From Octopus vulgaris (taxonomy: Eukaryota): DNA of 64,000 bases. The stretch is from NCBI GenBank assembly GCA_951406725.2, contig OX597814.1:200756001-200820000 (forward strand). Direction: 5' to 3'. Below are positions 11,911 through 25,345 of this stretch, piece after piece. A program made the position numbers and the translations under genes. Below the pieces are notes generated by a model. The model saw only the letters and a program-made list of their open reading frames with translations, was not told where the DNA came from and ran no database searches. Position 1 is the stretch's first letter. The number at the start of each line of letters is the position of its first letter.

Positions 11911-12987
11911 GAGAGAGAGAGAGAGAGAGTACTCGACTGGCAGTTTATTTTACTGACCCTACAAGGATAATGTGTGAAGTTAAGTTCAACAGGATTTGAA
12001 CTCAGAGTGTAAAGAGCCTGAAGTAAAGCTTGTAAGCATTTTTGTCAGTTGTGCAAATGGTTGTGGAAGCTCACTGCATTAATGAGGGAAGCATCAGACT
12101 GGCTGTTTTGATATTGTTTTAATCTTTAAAGAGAACATAATTTTTATTTTAAAGAGATAATGGTGATTATACTTAAAAGAATGATTAAAATAAAACACAA
12201 TTTTACGTTAAAAATAAGGTCAGAATTACCTGAAATATGAAATAAACGATCACAACATAAATTCATTGTATACATATTGGGGAGTTTATATTAATTATTC
12301 TCGTTATATCGGCCTCTTCAAGCTGAAGTAATTGATAAATCGTTTATTTATTTCATTTATTAAGATTGAAAGTCATTAAAATTAAATATCAACATGATTG
12401 ATTGTTCATAATCACAGGTGCTTGTCACTGGGTGATTCTTAATATTCAGCAATATCTATCTTTACAGACACTTGACCTGCTAGAAATAGCAACTAAATCT
12501 CCTCTCATCACATTTTACTAGCTTAAAAAGGAGGGAAGAACATATTAAATAAAGGAGTCACTAATGAATATAATGTCATGGCAACAGCTGGAACACATTT
12601 CAACATATCTGCTTGATCAGGGATAATCTGGAGTTAAACCCCAACAATTAAAAGGGGATTATTCATGTTCCTGTTGATATCATTGTCAATGAATTGTTGG
12701 AGTTGTAAGAGCATTGGATAGAAACCTTTCAAGTATTTGCTCTGTCATTTGGCATTCTGAGTTCAAATCCCATCAAGGTCATTGTTGCCTTTAACCCTTT
12801 CAAGGGTTGATAAAGAAAATACCAATCAAAGATAGTGGAACTGGGAATATTGAAGGCATATCAAACAGGATGCCATGCAGTATTTGCTTCTAATTTTTAT
12901 ATTGTGAGTTCAAATTCCTCCTTGGCTTACTTGAGAAACAGACTTTGCAGTTCTTGGTTTTAAATTAGTGCAGATTATGAGGTCCTG

Positions 12988-13285
12988 TGAAGGCACATGG
13001 CCTAGTGGTTAGAACAGTGGACTCTCAGTTGAGGGATCATGGGTTCAAATCTCAGACAGGGAAATGTGTGTGCTTATGAGCGAAACAACTAAGCTCCACG
13101 TGGCTCCAGCTGAAGGTAATGGTGAACTTTTGCTGACTCTTTCACCACAACTTTCTCTCACTCTTTCCTCCTGCATCTTGCAGCTCACCTATGGACTGGC
13201 ATCCCATCCAGGTGGGGAACCTATACACCAAGGAAACCAGGAAACTGGCCCTTATGAGCCAAGCATGGCTCAAGAAGGAACAAAC
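12988..13285 (+). mobile_element. tRNA-derived SINE with V-like domain (family C)
   Basis: GGCACATGGCCTAGTGGTTAG...GGTTCAAATC...GGACTGGCATCCCATCCAGG. Sister copy at 20683. Confidence 0.75.
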
Positions 13286-13549
13286 ATAAGAGGTCCCAGA
13301 CTATCAGTGTCTGGGAAGTCATGTTGAGCCTGTAATAAAAAGAATGGTAACTATAGTTCTTTGAGTTAATCACTTTCCTTAATCAATCTGTTTTACTGAT
13401 TTAGTCAGAAGCAAAAGCACAGCATCATCCATGACACCTTTCAGGGCCTCAATGATTAGTGAGGGTAAGTTATCCTCAAGTTAAGGACATGGTCCAAATG
13501 CTTGGATTAGAATGGACTCCACCAATATCACATCAGCACCAAATACTGT

Positions 13550-13935
13550 GGAGGTGCAATGACTCAATGGTTAGGGCAGCGGACTCGCAGTCGGAGGATC
13601 GCAGTTTTGATTCCCAGTCCGGGTGTTGTGTGTGTTTATTGAGCGAAAACACTTAAAGCTCCATGAGAATCTGGCAGGGGGTGGTAGCGACCCCTGTTGT
13701 ACTCTTTCGCTCCAACTTTCTCTCACTCTTTCTTCCTGTTTCTTGTCCCTGACTTCCTATGCAACCGCTGAACCTGGATGCACATTCATCTATCCGTTGA
13801 TGCTCTCGGTGTCAGGGGTTGACCTGCGTTCTCTTCTGCGGGTCTTACGAATAGCAAAGGACCAACATTTCGGACTTCTCCCAAGGGACGAAGACCGCTT
13901 CGCTCAACAAGCAAACAAACAAACAAACAAACAAG
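13550..13935 (+). mobile_element. tRNA(Arg)-like SINE (family C variant) with (CAAA)n tail
   Basis: GGAGGTGCAATGACTCAATGGTTAGGGCAGCGGACTCGC head with a TCG anticodon-like loop. Inverted sister copy at 19150-19516. Confidence 0.75.
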
Positions 13936-14424
13936 CACCAAATACTGGTGTTAAACCAGGAAATGTATTAAATCTCCCAGCCAAGAATCAAGAATGTCAA
14001 CTATCCCATTAAAAGCTTCCATGCCAATTTCCATTGGCCAAGTTTCATTCACAAGGCACTGGTCAATATAAAGCTATGGTAGAAAGTATTTGACCAAGAT
14101 ACCACCATGTGGAATTGAACCGTAAACTACACATTCATCAAGCAAACTTCTTAATCACATAGCCATGCCTACAATCACAAGCAAAGAGAATCAGCTACAA
14201 GCAGCAATCAAAACCAAGTTGTAGAATTTGGTTCTCTCGTTTTGGCTCATTGTTCTGCTACCTTAATTTCCTGAACAATAAAATAAGTTTGTTTCTCCGA
14301 ATGCTAAGTAAATTTCACAAACACATGATTTCTGAAGTGGATCCATTGTTCATTTAGCTGAATGTACAGATTCTGTATTGCTATATTGTTATATGAAGTT
14401 TCTGATATGATTGTATTCACAAAG

Positions 14425-14985
<561 letters not shown>

Positions 14986-15324
14986 GACTGGTTTTCCATA
15001 AGCATCTGATTCTTTATTTAGAATCTCGATGTGTATTTCCTTCTCTTTTGATTTGCAATTCGTAAAGGTGAAAAATACCTGTCACCTGTCAGAAAACATT
15101 ATGTGGAATTTTGTTCTACATCTACAGTATCTACAGTGTCTGCCGTAGGGTTTTATTTTCTAAATACCAATTCCCTAAGTGCCAAATGCCAATGTTCCAA
15201 ATGTTGATATCTCCAACGCTAAAATGAAGCTATTGTTTGTGTTTCCTAAATAGACATACCTAGGTAATTCAGGTAGTTAAAACAAATTTAGCATTGAAAT
15301 AATAATAATAATAATATTAATAAT

Positions 15325-17184
15325 TAAGCTAAACAGAAATAAATAGACGAAGTAAAATCCTGACAATGGCTGAGAAGATCAAATTAGGACTCAAAGCGGA
15401 GACTGAAGGATTTTTAATTGTAGCACAAGATCAAAGCCTTCCCATCAGAAATCACCAAAAACTCGTGATGAAAAGAAAGAATATGTAGAGATGGAGAAGA
15501 AGCAATAAATCATATTGTCTGTGGCTGCCCAGTCCTGGCTAAGAAGGAATATATTCACAGACATGACAGAGTTGGGTTCTATATAGACTGGAAGCTATGC
15601 CAACACGATGGAACAACAACAGAAAAAAGATGGTATAGGCAAACACCAGAAAAGGTCACAGAAAACGAGAAAGCAACCATACTACGGGATATGCAAATAC
15701 ACACAGATAGAGAATTCAAGGCCAATAGGCTGGATATCATTGTCAGAAATCAAGGAAAAAAATGCTTTTTAATTAATGTATCAATACCAACAAATGACAA
15801 CATTTCTCTAAAAGAAATGGAGAAACTTTTTCAAAATACAAAGATCTGGAATTAGAGGTAACCAGAATGTGGAATCTAAAAACAGAAACAATTCCTATCA
15901 TAGTAGGTGCATTAGGCATGATAAAATAATATTCAGACAAATCTGGACCTAAGAAGCATCAGTTGTGGTGTGCAAGAGAGACGATTGTGCTGGTATGGTC
16001 ATGTGGCGAGAATGGATGAAGATAGTTGTGTGAAAAAAGTGCCACACCCTAGCGGTTGAGGGAACCTGTGGAAGAGGCAGACCCAGGAAAACCTGGGATG
16101 AGGTGGTGAAGCACGACCTTCGAACTTTAGGTCTCACTGAGGAAATGACTAGAGACCGAGTCCTATGGAAGTGTGCTGTGCGCGAGAAGACCCGGCAGGA
16201 CAAGTGAGTCCATAACCCGTGGCCTTCTACTTGGGATGGAGCCAGCCTACGTATGCATACCTTCCCTTCTTGGGACACAAAACTCTACTTGGGACCTGTT
16301 GAGGCAAGTGAGGATCAGAATCGAAATCGATCAATTTGCAGATGTGTTACCAGTGCCGGTGGCATGTCGATACTCTACTTGTGAAGACCCGTTGAGGCAA
16401 GTGAGGATCAGAATCGAAATCGATCAATGGAAATTGCAGATGTGTTACCAGTGCCGGTGGCATGTCGAATACTCTACTTGTGAAGACCCGTTGAGGCAAG
16501 TGAGGATCAGAAATGGAAATCGATCAATGGAAATTGCAGATGTGTTACCAGTGCCGGTGGCATGTCGAAACTCTACTTGTGAAGACCCGTTGAGGCAAGT
16601 GAGGATCAGAATGGAAATCGATCAATGGAAATTGCAGATGTGTTACCAGTGCCGGTGGCATGTAAGAGAACCTTCCGTTTCGCGACCGTTGCCAGCACCG
16701 CCCCGTTTCGTGTCCGTTGCCAGCCTCGCCTGGCCCTTGTGCCGGTGGCACATAAAAAGCACCATCCGTTCGTGGCCGTTTGCCAGCTCTGTCTGGCACC
16801 TGTGCGGGTGGCACGTAAAAAGCACCCACTACACTCACGGAGTGGTTGGCGTTAGGAAGGGCATCCAGCCGTAGAAACACTGCCAGATTTGACTGGGCCT
16901 GATGAAGCCTTCTGGCTTCACAGACCCCAGTAGAACCGTCCAACCCATGCTAGCATGGAAAACGGACGCTAAACGATGATGATGATGATGATGATGACAT
17001 AACAAAAACACCAGGACTTACAAATATATATAGCATACAGAAAATAGCACTACTAGGCACAGCACACATCCTACGTAAAACACTTTCAGTACAGTGAAAA
17101 TGAGAGCATCACAACAAACCACAGCACATACCCAGGACACACAGAGCTGTATTCGGTTGTGCAGTAAAAGCATGTGATAAAAGA

Positions 17185-17216
<32 letters not shown>

Positions 17217-17217
17217 C

Positions 17218-17275
<58 letters not shown>
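15325..17275 (+). mobile_element. R4/Dong-like RLE LINE 3' portion in a (TAA)n array, interrupted by an RTE insertion
   Basis: GLKAETEGFLIVAQDQSL...EEAINHIVCGCPVLAKKEYIHRHDRV...KANRLDIIV...IPIIVGALG up to about 15940. Resumes at 16997 with ITKTPGLTNIYSIQKIALLGTAHILRKTLSVQ*. TAA repeats at both ends. Confidence 0.9.
15943..16996 (+). mobile_element. RTE-clade LINE 3' fragment with internal ~99-bp tandem repeat and (GAT)n tail
   Basis: ERRLCWYGHVARMDEDS...GRGRPRKTWDEVVKHDL...W. Four ~90-100-bp repeats at 16282-16665. The 3' UTR is the family E repeat. Confidence 0.9.
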
Positions 17276-17276
<1 letters not shown>

Positions 17277-17289
17277 ATAAAAAAAAAAT

Positions 17290-17500
17290 CTGAAAACCTT
17301 AGAAATACCCTACGATATAGATGTATTGCAAAAGTCTGCATTACTTGGAACTGCATGCATATTGCATAAAGTACTGTCTGTCTAAGGTCCTTGTTGTGAG
17401 TTGACAAACAGTACAAACCCCCAGTAGACACAATATCTTCAATCAACAACCTCACAATGTTGTATACTGTGTGATGGCTATAATACAAATATTTATAATA
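17290..17500 (+). mobile_element. Second R4/Dong-like 3' end fragment
   Basis: LKTLEIPYDIDVLQKSALLGTACILHKVLSV*, starting just after the (TAA)n tract. Confidence 0.7.
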
Positions 17501-17504
17501 ATCA

Positions 17505-18108
17505 ACATCATCATCATCGTTTAACGTCTGTTTTCCATGCTAGCATGGGTTTGATGGTTCGACTGGGGTCTGGGAGGCCAGGAGGCTGCACCAGGCTCCA
17601 GTCTGATCTGGTATTGCTTCTACAGCTGGATGCACTTCCTAATGCCAACCACTCCGTGAGTGTAGTGGGTACTTTTTATGTGCCACCAGCACAGAGGCCA
17701 GAGGAAGATGGAAATGTCCATGATCGGTTGGTGCTTTTTACGTGCCACCAGCATGGAAGCCAGTCGAGGCGGTGCTGGCATTGGCCATGTTCGTATGGTG
17801 ATTTTTACGTGCCACTGGCATGGGGATCACAGCTACAATTTCCACTTGATTTTCATTTTGATATTGATGTACTTGACTCAATAGATCTACTCAAGCACAG
17901 CAGGTCACCCTTCGATCCAAGGCACTTTTGAATGGGCTGAGGCTGGTTATGTGAAACTGGTGTAGGTTACAGCTGTGAACTCACTTTATTTGCTGGATCT
18001 TTGCAGTCACAGCATAATTACAGAGATCTCAGTCGTTCGTCATTGCCTCTGTGAGGCCCAACATTCGAAGGTCATGCTGGACCACCTCATCCCATGTCTT
18101 CCTGGGTT
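17505..18108 (-). mobile_element. RTE LINE 3' fragment (family E plus ORF end)
   Basis: Reverse complement of the 15943-16996 type, including ACCCAGGAAGACATGGGATGAGGTGG. Confidence 0.8.
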
Positions 18109-18340
18109 TTAATAATAATAATCCTTTCTACTTCAGGGACAATGCCTGAAATTTAGTGTGCTAGCATTGGTTGATTACATTGACCCCAATATTTGATTTG
18201 TATTTATTTTATTGACCCTGAAATGATGAAAGGCAAGGTCAGCCTCAACAGGATTTGAACTCAGAACACAAAGCCAGAGGAAATGCTCTTAAGTATTTTG
18301 TCCAGTGCAGTAACAATTCTGTCAGGTGATCTCCTTAATG

Positions 18341-18379
<39 letters not shown>

Positions 18380-18709
18380 GCTATCTGAGCCGCTGGACTG
18401 GTTCTTGTGCAGGTGGCACATAAAAAGCACCATTTGAGCATGACTGCTGTCAGTACCGCCTGACTGGCCCTTGTGCCGGTGGCATGTAAAAGCACCCACT
18501 ACACTCTCAGAGTGGTTGGCGTTAGGAAGGGCACCCATCTGTAGAAACTCTGCCAGATCAAACTGGAGTCTGGTGCAGCCATCTGGTGCAGCCATCTGGT
18601 GCAGCCATCTGGTTCGCCAGACCTCAGTCAAATTGTCCAACCCATCCCAGCATGGAAAGCGGACGTTAAACGATGATGATGATGATGATGATGCCTACTT
18701 TCTGTAATT

Positions 18710-19070
18710 CTATGCAAAGTCACTTTGAGCTGAGGGAGAATGAACCTTGTCTGAACCACCTTCTCTTCATGAAAGATTTAAAACTGTTCATGGAAACAGA
18801 GCCTGAATGGAGAGGCTGGTCGAGATTGCACAGATGTGCAGCAAAGATAGAGGAATGGAATTTGGGATTGCAGTGTGTGGTGCTAACATTGAAACAGGAA
18901 AAAGTAAATGGTAGGGACATAGATTTGCCAAACAGAGAGCAAACGGGAGACTCAGATGATCATGTGTAACAAATAACTTGGGATCCTGAAGCTGGACAAT
19001 ATCTTGCACTGAGAAATAAAGACAAGGTCAAAGAAATGTAAAGTGGATGTCAGCTGGTTAGTATACAGGA
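18710..19070 (+). pseudogene. R4/Dong-like reverse transcriptase fragment
   Basis: LNHLLFMKDLKLF (degenerate FMDD motif), then GMEFG and YLGIL in shifted frames. Confidence 0.7.
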
Positions 19071-19149
19071 GTAGATCAACAGAGAAAGAAGAAACACGAC
19101 AGAGTATTTGGCAAACAGCAAACAAGACTTGTGACTGCATGCTGCTGAT

Positions 19150-19516
19150 GCTTGTTTGTTTGTTTGTTGAGAGAAGCGGTCTTCTGAGAAGTTCAAAACA
19201 AGGTCCTTTGCTATTCGTAAGACCCGCAGAAGAGAAAGCAGGTCACCCCCCGACACTCAGAGCATCGACGGATGGATGAATGCACATCCAGGCTCAGCGG
19301 TTGCATAGGAAGTTGGGGACAAGAAACAGTAAGAAAGAGTGAGAGAAAGTTGGAGTGAAAGAGTACAACAGGGGTCGCCACCACCCCCTGTCGGAGCCTC
19401 ATGGAGCTTTAGGTGTTTTCGCTCAATAAACATACACAACGCCTGGCCTGGGAATCGAAACCGCGATCCTCCGAACATGAGTCTGCTGTCCTAACCATTG
19501 GGCCATTGTGCCTCCT
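19150..19516 (-). mobile_element. tRNA(Arg)-like SINE (family C variant)
   Basis: Reverse complement of 13550-13935. Confidence 0.8.
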
Positions 19517-20682
19517 GCTGCTAATGCAGAATGATTTACCAACAAAAGAGGTGAGAGTGCAAATGAAATCTGATCATGAAATAACCAATGACAGAGAGCA
19601 CTGTTCTTTCTCCACTTTAAGAAGGAATATAAAAATTATCAAAATAACAAAATATATTCCTCGTGCAAAGATGGATGAAAAATATTAGTTTCAAATCTTG
19701 CACAAGGCCAGCAATTTTGGGGCAGTGAGTAAGTCATTTACATTGACCCCAATTCTCAGCTGGTGCTTATTTTATCGACCTTGAAAGGAGGAAAGGCAAA
19801 GTCGACTCCAGCAGCATTTGAACTCAGAACATAAAGTCAGAAAAAATGCTGCTAAACATTTTGTTTGGTGCAGGAATGATTCTGACAATTTTCCATCTTA
19901 TTGATGAAATATATTAAGCGGAAATAATATAATCCACTTCAAAATTCTTGAAAATATTTTGGTGCTAAATTTTGGCAACATTTGTAAGCCTTTTTCCTAA
20001 ATATATTTTCTCTTGATAAACACAAGAAATGTTTAATTAGCCTCAGTAGAGATCTGACACTTTGGAGAAATGTCCTAGATCATTTTTATTAGCAGTCTTT
20101 CTCATTCTTTAATCCATCATTTCTCAAATATCTTTAGTTATTTTCATCAATTATTTCATATCTAACAGCAATATTTCTTTGATTGTGAGTAAAATTTCCG
20201 TTTGCTTTCATTTGGGATTATTCATTTTTTCTTTCTTCCATTCTACAAGTTTTCTGGTTATATTATGATTAAGAATAATTTGATACAATTTGTCACTTTA
20301 CTCTTTACATTGTATTAAACAGGAATTTTATTTATTTATTTATTTTATTTAATGTTTTGCTTGCTCTTATATAATCATTAACGTTGATTAAACACATAAA
20401 CAATTAATCTTTCTTTGTTTTTCTCTCAGGCTCAAATAATTCATTTTTAATCTACTCATTACACTTGTTTTGAAGATTTGCTCCTGGCCAGTATTGCAAC
20501 GTTATAATTCTTTTATTAACAAAAACAACATCCAATAAACTTTATTTCTACATTGTCAATGTTACTGTTGTTATTTCAGCTCAGACCAGGCTTTATTGAG
20601 TATACTTATGATCAAAGATATTCTAGATATCATCTTTCTATCTTTTAAGGGATAATATTAGACTACATTATTTAATACAACG

Positions 20683-20950
20683 TGGAGGCACATGGCCTAG
20701 TGGTTAGAGCAGTGAACTCACGGTCGAGGGATTGCAGGTTCGAATCTCAGGCCAGGCGATGTGTGTGTTTATGAGTGAAACAACTAAGCTCCACGCGGCT
20801 CCGGCAGCAGGTAATGGCGAACTTCCACTGACTCTTTCACCACAACTTTCTCTCACTCTTTCCTCCTGCATCTTGCAGCTCACCTGTGACGGACTGGCAT
20901 CCCATCCAGGTCAGGAACCCATATGCCAAGGAAACTGGGAAACAGGCCCT
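20683..20950 (+). mobile_element. tRNA-derived SINE with V-like domain (family C)
   Basis: Same sequence type as 12988-13285. Confidence 0.8.
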
Positions 20951-21213
20951 ATGCTCCACAAGGGGCAAAAAGGATTAAGAAGAATTTTAATACATTCTTT
21001 TCTTATTTAAGACAGTAGAGTGATATGAGGGAGATTTAACAACTATTTCTAGCAGGATACACTCTTGTCCATTTGCTTTATCACCATATAACAAATAATA
21101 CGTTCATCTAAATTAATGATATTAAATGTGTAAAAGTATTAATTACGATGGCAAGAATTGGACTCAGAATGAAAAGGGTTGCAATGGAATACTGCAAAAC
21201 ATTTTGATCACTG

Positions 21214-21600
21214 AAGTATATCTGCTACCCAAATGTGGCTAACCTTTAAGGGTTGATGCTACTGTTGCTTATAGCCCCAAGAAGACACCTCCTCCACCTG
21301 GGTATTGACACACTATCTGTGCCCTATCAGTATTTGCAAAGGGGAGTCATTGTTACAATCTCCAGCCTGACGTGATACACATGGACCCGAGTTTCTGGGT
21401 ATTGACCCGTCATCATGATGACTTCCCTTTGCAAATACTGATTGGGTACAGGTAGTGTGTCAATAGCCAGCTGGAGGAGGTATCTTCCTGGGGCTACAAG
21501 CTACAGTAGCATCAACCCTTAAGGGCTAACCACATTTAAGTGGCAAATATACTTCACGATGTCGTGCAGCTACTGTTTATACCTCGCTCAGAGATTTATT
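21214..21600. mobile_element. Non-coding PLE-pLTR/retrozyme-like insertion with inverted arms and 13-bp TSD
   Basis: ATTTTGATCACTG at 21201-21213 and 21601-21613. Inverted arms of about 139 bp (21212-21350 / 21418-21556). An HHR motif lies in the spacer. Confidence 0.8.
21380..21415 (-). ncRNA. 5'-truncated minimal hammerhead motif
   Basis: Minus strand: TGATGA-C-GGGT-CAAT-ACCC-A-GAAA-CTCGGG-TC-CATG. The helix I 5' strand and C3 are lost at the inversion junction. Confidence 0.65.
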
Positions 21601-21625
21601 ATTTTGATCACTGTTTGACCTATTC

Positions 21626-22037
21626 TTATTTCTTTATTGTCCACAAGGGGCTTCACATAGAGGGGACAAACAAGGACAGGCAAAGGGATTAAGTCGATTA
21701 TATCGACCCCAGTGCGTAACTGGTACTTATTTAATCGACCCCAAAAGGATGAAAGGCTAAGTTGACCTCAGTTGAACTCAGAACGTAACGGCAGATGAAA
21801 TACTTATTTCTTTATTACCCACAAGGGGTTAAACATAAAGGGGACAAACAAGGACAGACATAGGTATTAAGTCGATTACATCGACCCCAGTGCGTAACTG
21901 GTACTTAATTTATTAACCCCGAAAGGATGAAAGGCAAAGTTGACCTCGGCAGAATTTGAACTCACAACATAACGACAGACGAAATACCGCTAAGAATTTT
22001 GCCCGGCGTGCTATCGATTCTGCCAGCTCGTCGCCTT
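21626..22037 (-). mobile_element. Tandem Meta-like SINE (family B) with TSD TGTTTGACCTATTCT
   Basis: Two head-to-tail copies. The 15-bp duplication is at about 21612-21626 and 22045-22059. Confidence 0.8.
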
Positions 22038-22943
22038 TTTGATTTGTTTGACCTATTCTAATAATCCAACATAGATAAAGATTCTTAAAAAAAGAAAACT
22101 AAAATTATTTACATAGTCATGTAGTTGAACACTTTACTTTGAAATCATTTGATTTGGGGGTTCGATTCCAATGCGCAGCAGCTAAACAAAGTTTCTTCTA
22201 ATGTAACCAGTGTGAGTGGAATTTGGCTAACAGAAACTTTAGTTTTTGCCAAATTTACTTGAAGCCCTTTTAGTTACAGGTTTTGTTTTCGTGTCTGTAA
22301 TTTCTTCCCCAATTCTTCTACTGATGTGGTGTTTATTTTATCAACCTTGAAAGGATGAAAGGTAAAGTCGACTCCAGTGGTATTTGAACTCAGAACATAA
22401 AGTCAGAAAAAATGCTGCTAAACATTTTGTTTGGTGCAGGAATGATTCTGACAATTTTCCACCTTACTGATGAAACATATTAAGCGGAAATAATATAATC
22501 CACTTCAAAATTTTTGAAAATATTTTGGTGCTAAATTTCGGCAACATTTGTAAGCCTTTTTCATAAATATATTTTCTCTTGATAAACAAATATATTTTCT
22601 CTTGATGTGGTTGTGTGGTAAGAAGCTTGCTTCCCAACTACATGGTTCTGTATTCAGTTCCACAGTGTGGTGCCTTTGGCAAGTGTCTTTTACTATAACC
22701 TCAAGACAACCAAAGCCTTATGAGTGGATATGGTAGTCAGAAACTGAAAGAAGCCCATCATAGGTATATCGTTTTTCGGGAAAAACATAAATCTGAAGAA
22801 GAAGCACACTCTAAGAAGAGCAGTCTATATTAATTACTGGAGAATGCTGGTTTTTAGGGTTACCTTTATGGTGTATTTTCAGACCCTGAGACCTGTTGGC
22901 CTATACATACATAGAAAGAGAGAGCACGAGAGCACGCTAGAGA

Positions 22944-23013
<70 letters not shown>

Positions 23014-23259
23014 GGCCGTGATGGGGCACTTTATTTCACATTGCTCCAGTTTACTCAGCTGGTAAAAATGAGTTGTGCCTGTATTTCAAAGGTCCAGTCT
23101 ATCACACTCTGTGTCATGCTGAGTCTTCTTGAGAACTATGTTAAGGATATGTGAGTCTGTGGAGAGCTCAGCACTTGCACATTAATTTTGTTAGCAAGCT
23201 ATTCAGTTGATGAAATCAAGTGGAACCCTTGTCATCGTAATCAATGGAGTGCCAGTGTG

Positions 23260-23305
<46 letters not shown>

Positions 23306-24575
23306 TGTGTCTGTGTTTGTTCCCCCACCATCGCTTGACAATTGGTGCTGGTGTGTTTACATCCCTGAAACTTAGTGGTTCAGCAAAAGAGACTGATAGA
23401 ATAAGTAGTAGGCTTACAAAGAATAAGTTCTGGTGGTTGATTTGCTCAACTAAAGGTAGTGCTCCAGCATGGCCATAGTCAAATGACTGAAACAAGTAAA
23501 AGAGTAAAAGAGATATATGTATGTGTGTGTGTGAGGGGGATGCTTGGGGGTTGGTGCATGTGGTGAAGAAATTCACTTTGCAATCACATGGTTTCGGATT
23601 CAGTCTCACTGCATGAGACCATGGGCTTTTTGCTACTACCCTGAACCAACCAAAGCCTTGTGAGTGGATATGGTAGAGAGAAACTGAAAGAAGCCTGTTA
23701 TATGTATACACACAAATGCAGAGAGGGACTCATACACACACATACACACACTAAGATATTTAATATTTAAAAAATTAATTTAAAAACAATGCAATGTTGT
23801 TCTCTAAGTTCATTAGTTTGTTCTAACCATTTTAGTCTTGCCCATGCTGGAGCATCTACCCCCAAATTTACCAATCTATAATTAAATACCTTCTGAGACA
23901 TAGTTGTCGTAGCTTACATTGAAACAAAATCTTTGATCTGAGACTTATAAAATTAAATATGTCAAATATTAATGCAAGTTCTTTCTTGTTTAGTGGATTA
24001 GCTGTGTATAATATCTTACTTAATTTCGTTAAGTGGAATACAGTTTCAGAAAATATATTAAGATTAGAAATTACTTTTGGATTTTTGTATCTTAATAATC
24101 AAACTATTTATTTATCTATTCTGTTTGAAATGGATTTCAAGAGAATAATTGTTATTTTATATCAATTTCTTATAAGAAAAAACAAAATTAAATGTGAATA
24201 TAATTTTGTTTCATATTTCATAACTAAAAGATGAATGACGTCAACAAGCAGTTTATAGAATTTTAGATATTCGAAGGCAAGTAATTTCATGTGAAAGAAT
24301 GTTTATCATACATAAGAACGCACATATGTACATAGATACAATAGGCACAAGTACGGCTGTGAGGTGAGAAGTTTGCTTCAAACCACATAGTTCTGGGTTC
24401 AGTCCCACTGTACAGCATCTTAGGTAAATGTCTTCTGCTATTGCCTTGGGCCAACCAGAGATTTGTGAGTGGATTTGGTTGACAGAAACTAAAAGAAGCC
24501 TGTCATATGTATGTGAATCGTTGGCAATTTTTTTTCTTCTGTCTTTCTTTTCTCTTGGACTTTCCTCTATCTCCT

Positions 24576-24610
24576 GTTTCTGGAGAAGAGCTTTGCTCAA
24601 AATGTAAAAC
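24576..24610 (+). ncRNA. Decayed hammerhead motif (copy of the 35556 family) in element 24510-24710
   Basis: GTTT-CTGGAGA-A-GAGC-TTT-GCTC-AAAA-TG-TA-AAAC. Differs from 35556 by A6G and CpG-type changes. Confidence 0.6.
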
Positions 24611-25128
24611 CACTTTTCTTTCCTTCCCTGAGTGTCTACTAATACTTTGCATGCATCATCTCCACGTGATGTTTTTTTCTTGTGTTTGTTCTTTGTTTTT
24701 TTTTTTATTTACTATATATATATCATCATCATCATCATCATCGTTGTTTAACGTCCGCATTCCATGCTAGTATGGGTTGGACGGTTTGACTGAGGGCTGG
24801 TGAACCAGATGGCTGCACCAGGCTCAAGTCTTGATCTGGCAAAGTTTCTACAGCTGGATGCCCTTCCTAATGCCAACCACTCCGAGAGTGTAGTGGGTGC
24901 TTTTACGTGCCACCGGCACAGGGGCCAATTAGGCGGTACTGGAAATGACCTCGGCACAGGTGCCAGTATGGCGATGCTGACATATATACATATATATCTT
25001 TACTCCAATAAAAGAAAAATATGTAATGACCATTATTTTTACTTGTTTTTGCATGTATATATTGGTATATGTATGTGGAAATGTATTGGTGTGTATATGT
25101 ATTTCTTACATATATATTGTCAGTGTAC

Positions 25129-25187
25129 TTCTACTGAAGAGTGTAAAGTAATTTTTATTACAGAATACGAAATCTTAAGATATAGAG
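25129..25187 (+). ncRNA. Type-I hammerhead ribozyme with fully canonical core
   Basis: TTCTA-CTGAAGA-GTGT-AAA-GTAAT-TTTT-ATTAC-AGA-ATAC-GAA-A-TCTTAAGA-T-A-TAGAG. All three helices pair, helix III is the palindrome ATCTTAAGAT, and the predicted cut is after AUA (25182). Confidence 0.8.
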
Positions 25188-25345
25188 TTACTGAAATTTT
25201 ATAATTCTTCTTGTCCATTTCCTTGCATTCAGCCTTGTGTTATAAAAAGAGAAGAAATTTAGAGTGGTTTGTAGACATTTGACATCTACTTTTAGCATAT
25301 TGGCATTGGCCCTCCAGCGCTTTTAATTATAATTATATTTTTATA

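Noticed and set aside
12988-13060. tRNA genes at SINE heads
   Set aside because: A and B boxes are present, but there is no complete cloverleaf and each head continues into a SINE body.
16173-16874. 233-aa ORF with repeated peptide, and a CRISPR-like appearance of the ~99-bp repeats
   Set aside because: Tandem repeats within an RTE 3' UTR, with no unique spacers and no cas genes.
16899-16925. CTGATGA followed by hairpin AGCC-TTCT-GGCT
   Set aside because: No GAAA after the hairpin. It is part of a stem-loop in the RTE tail.
22793-22830. CTGAAGAAGAAGCACACTCTAAG as a hammerhead
   Set aside because: No GAAA and no helix I pairing.
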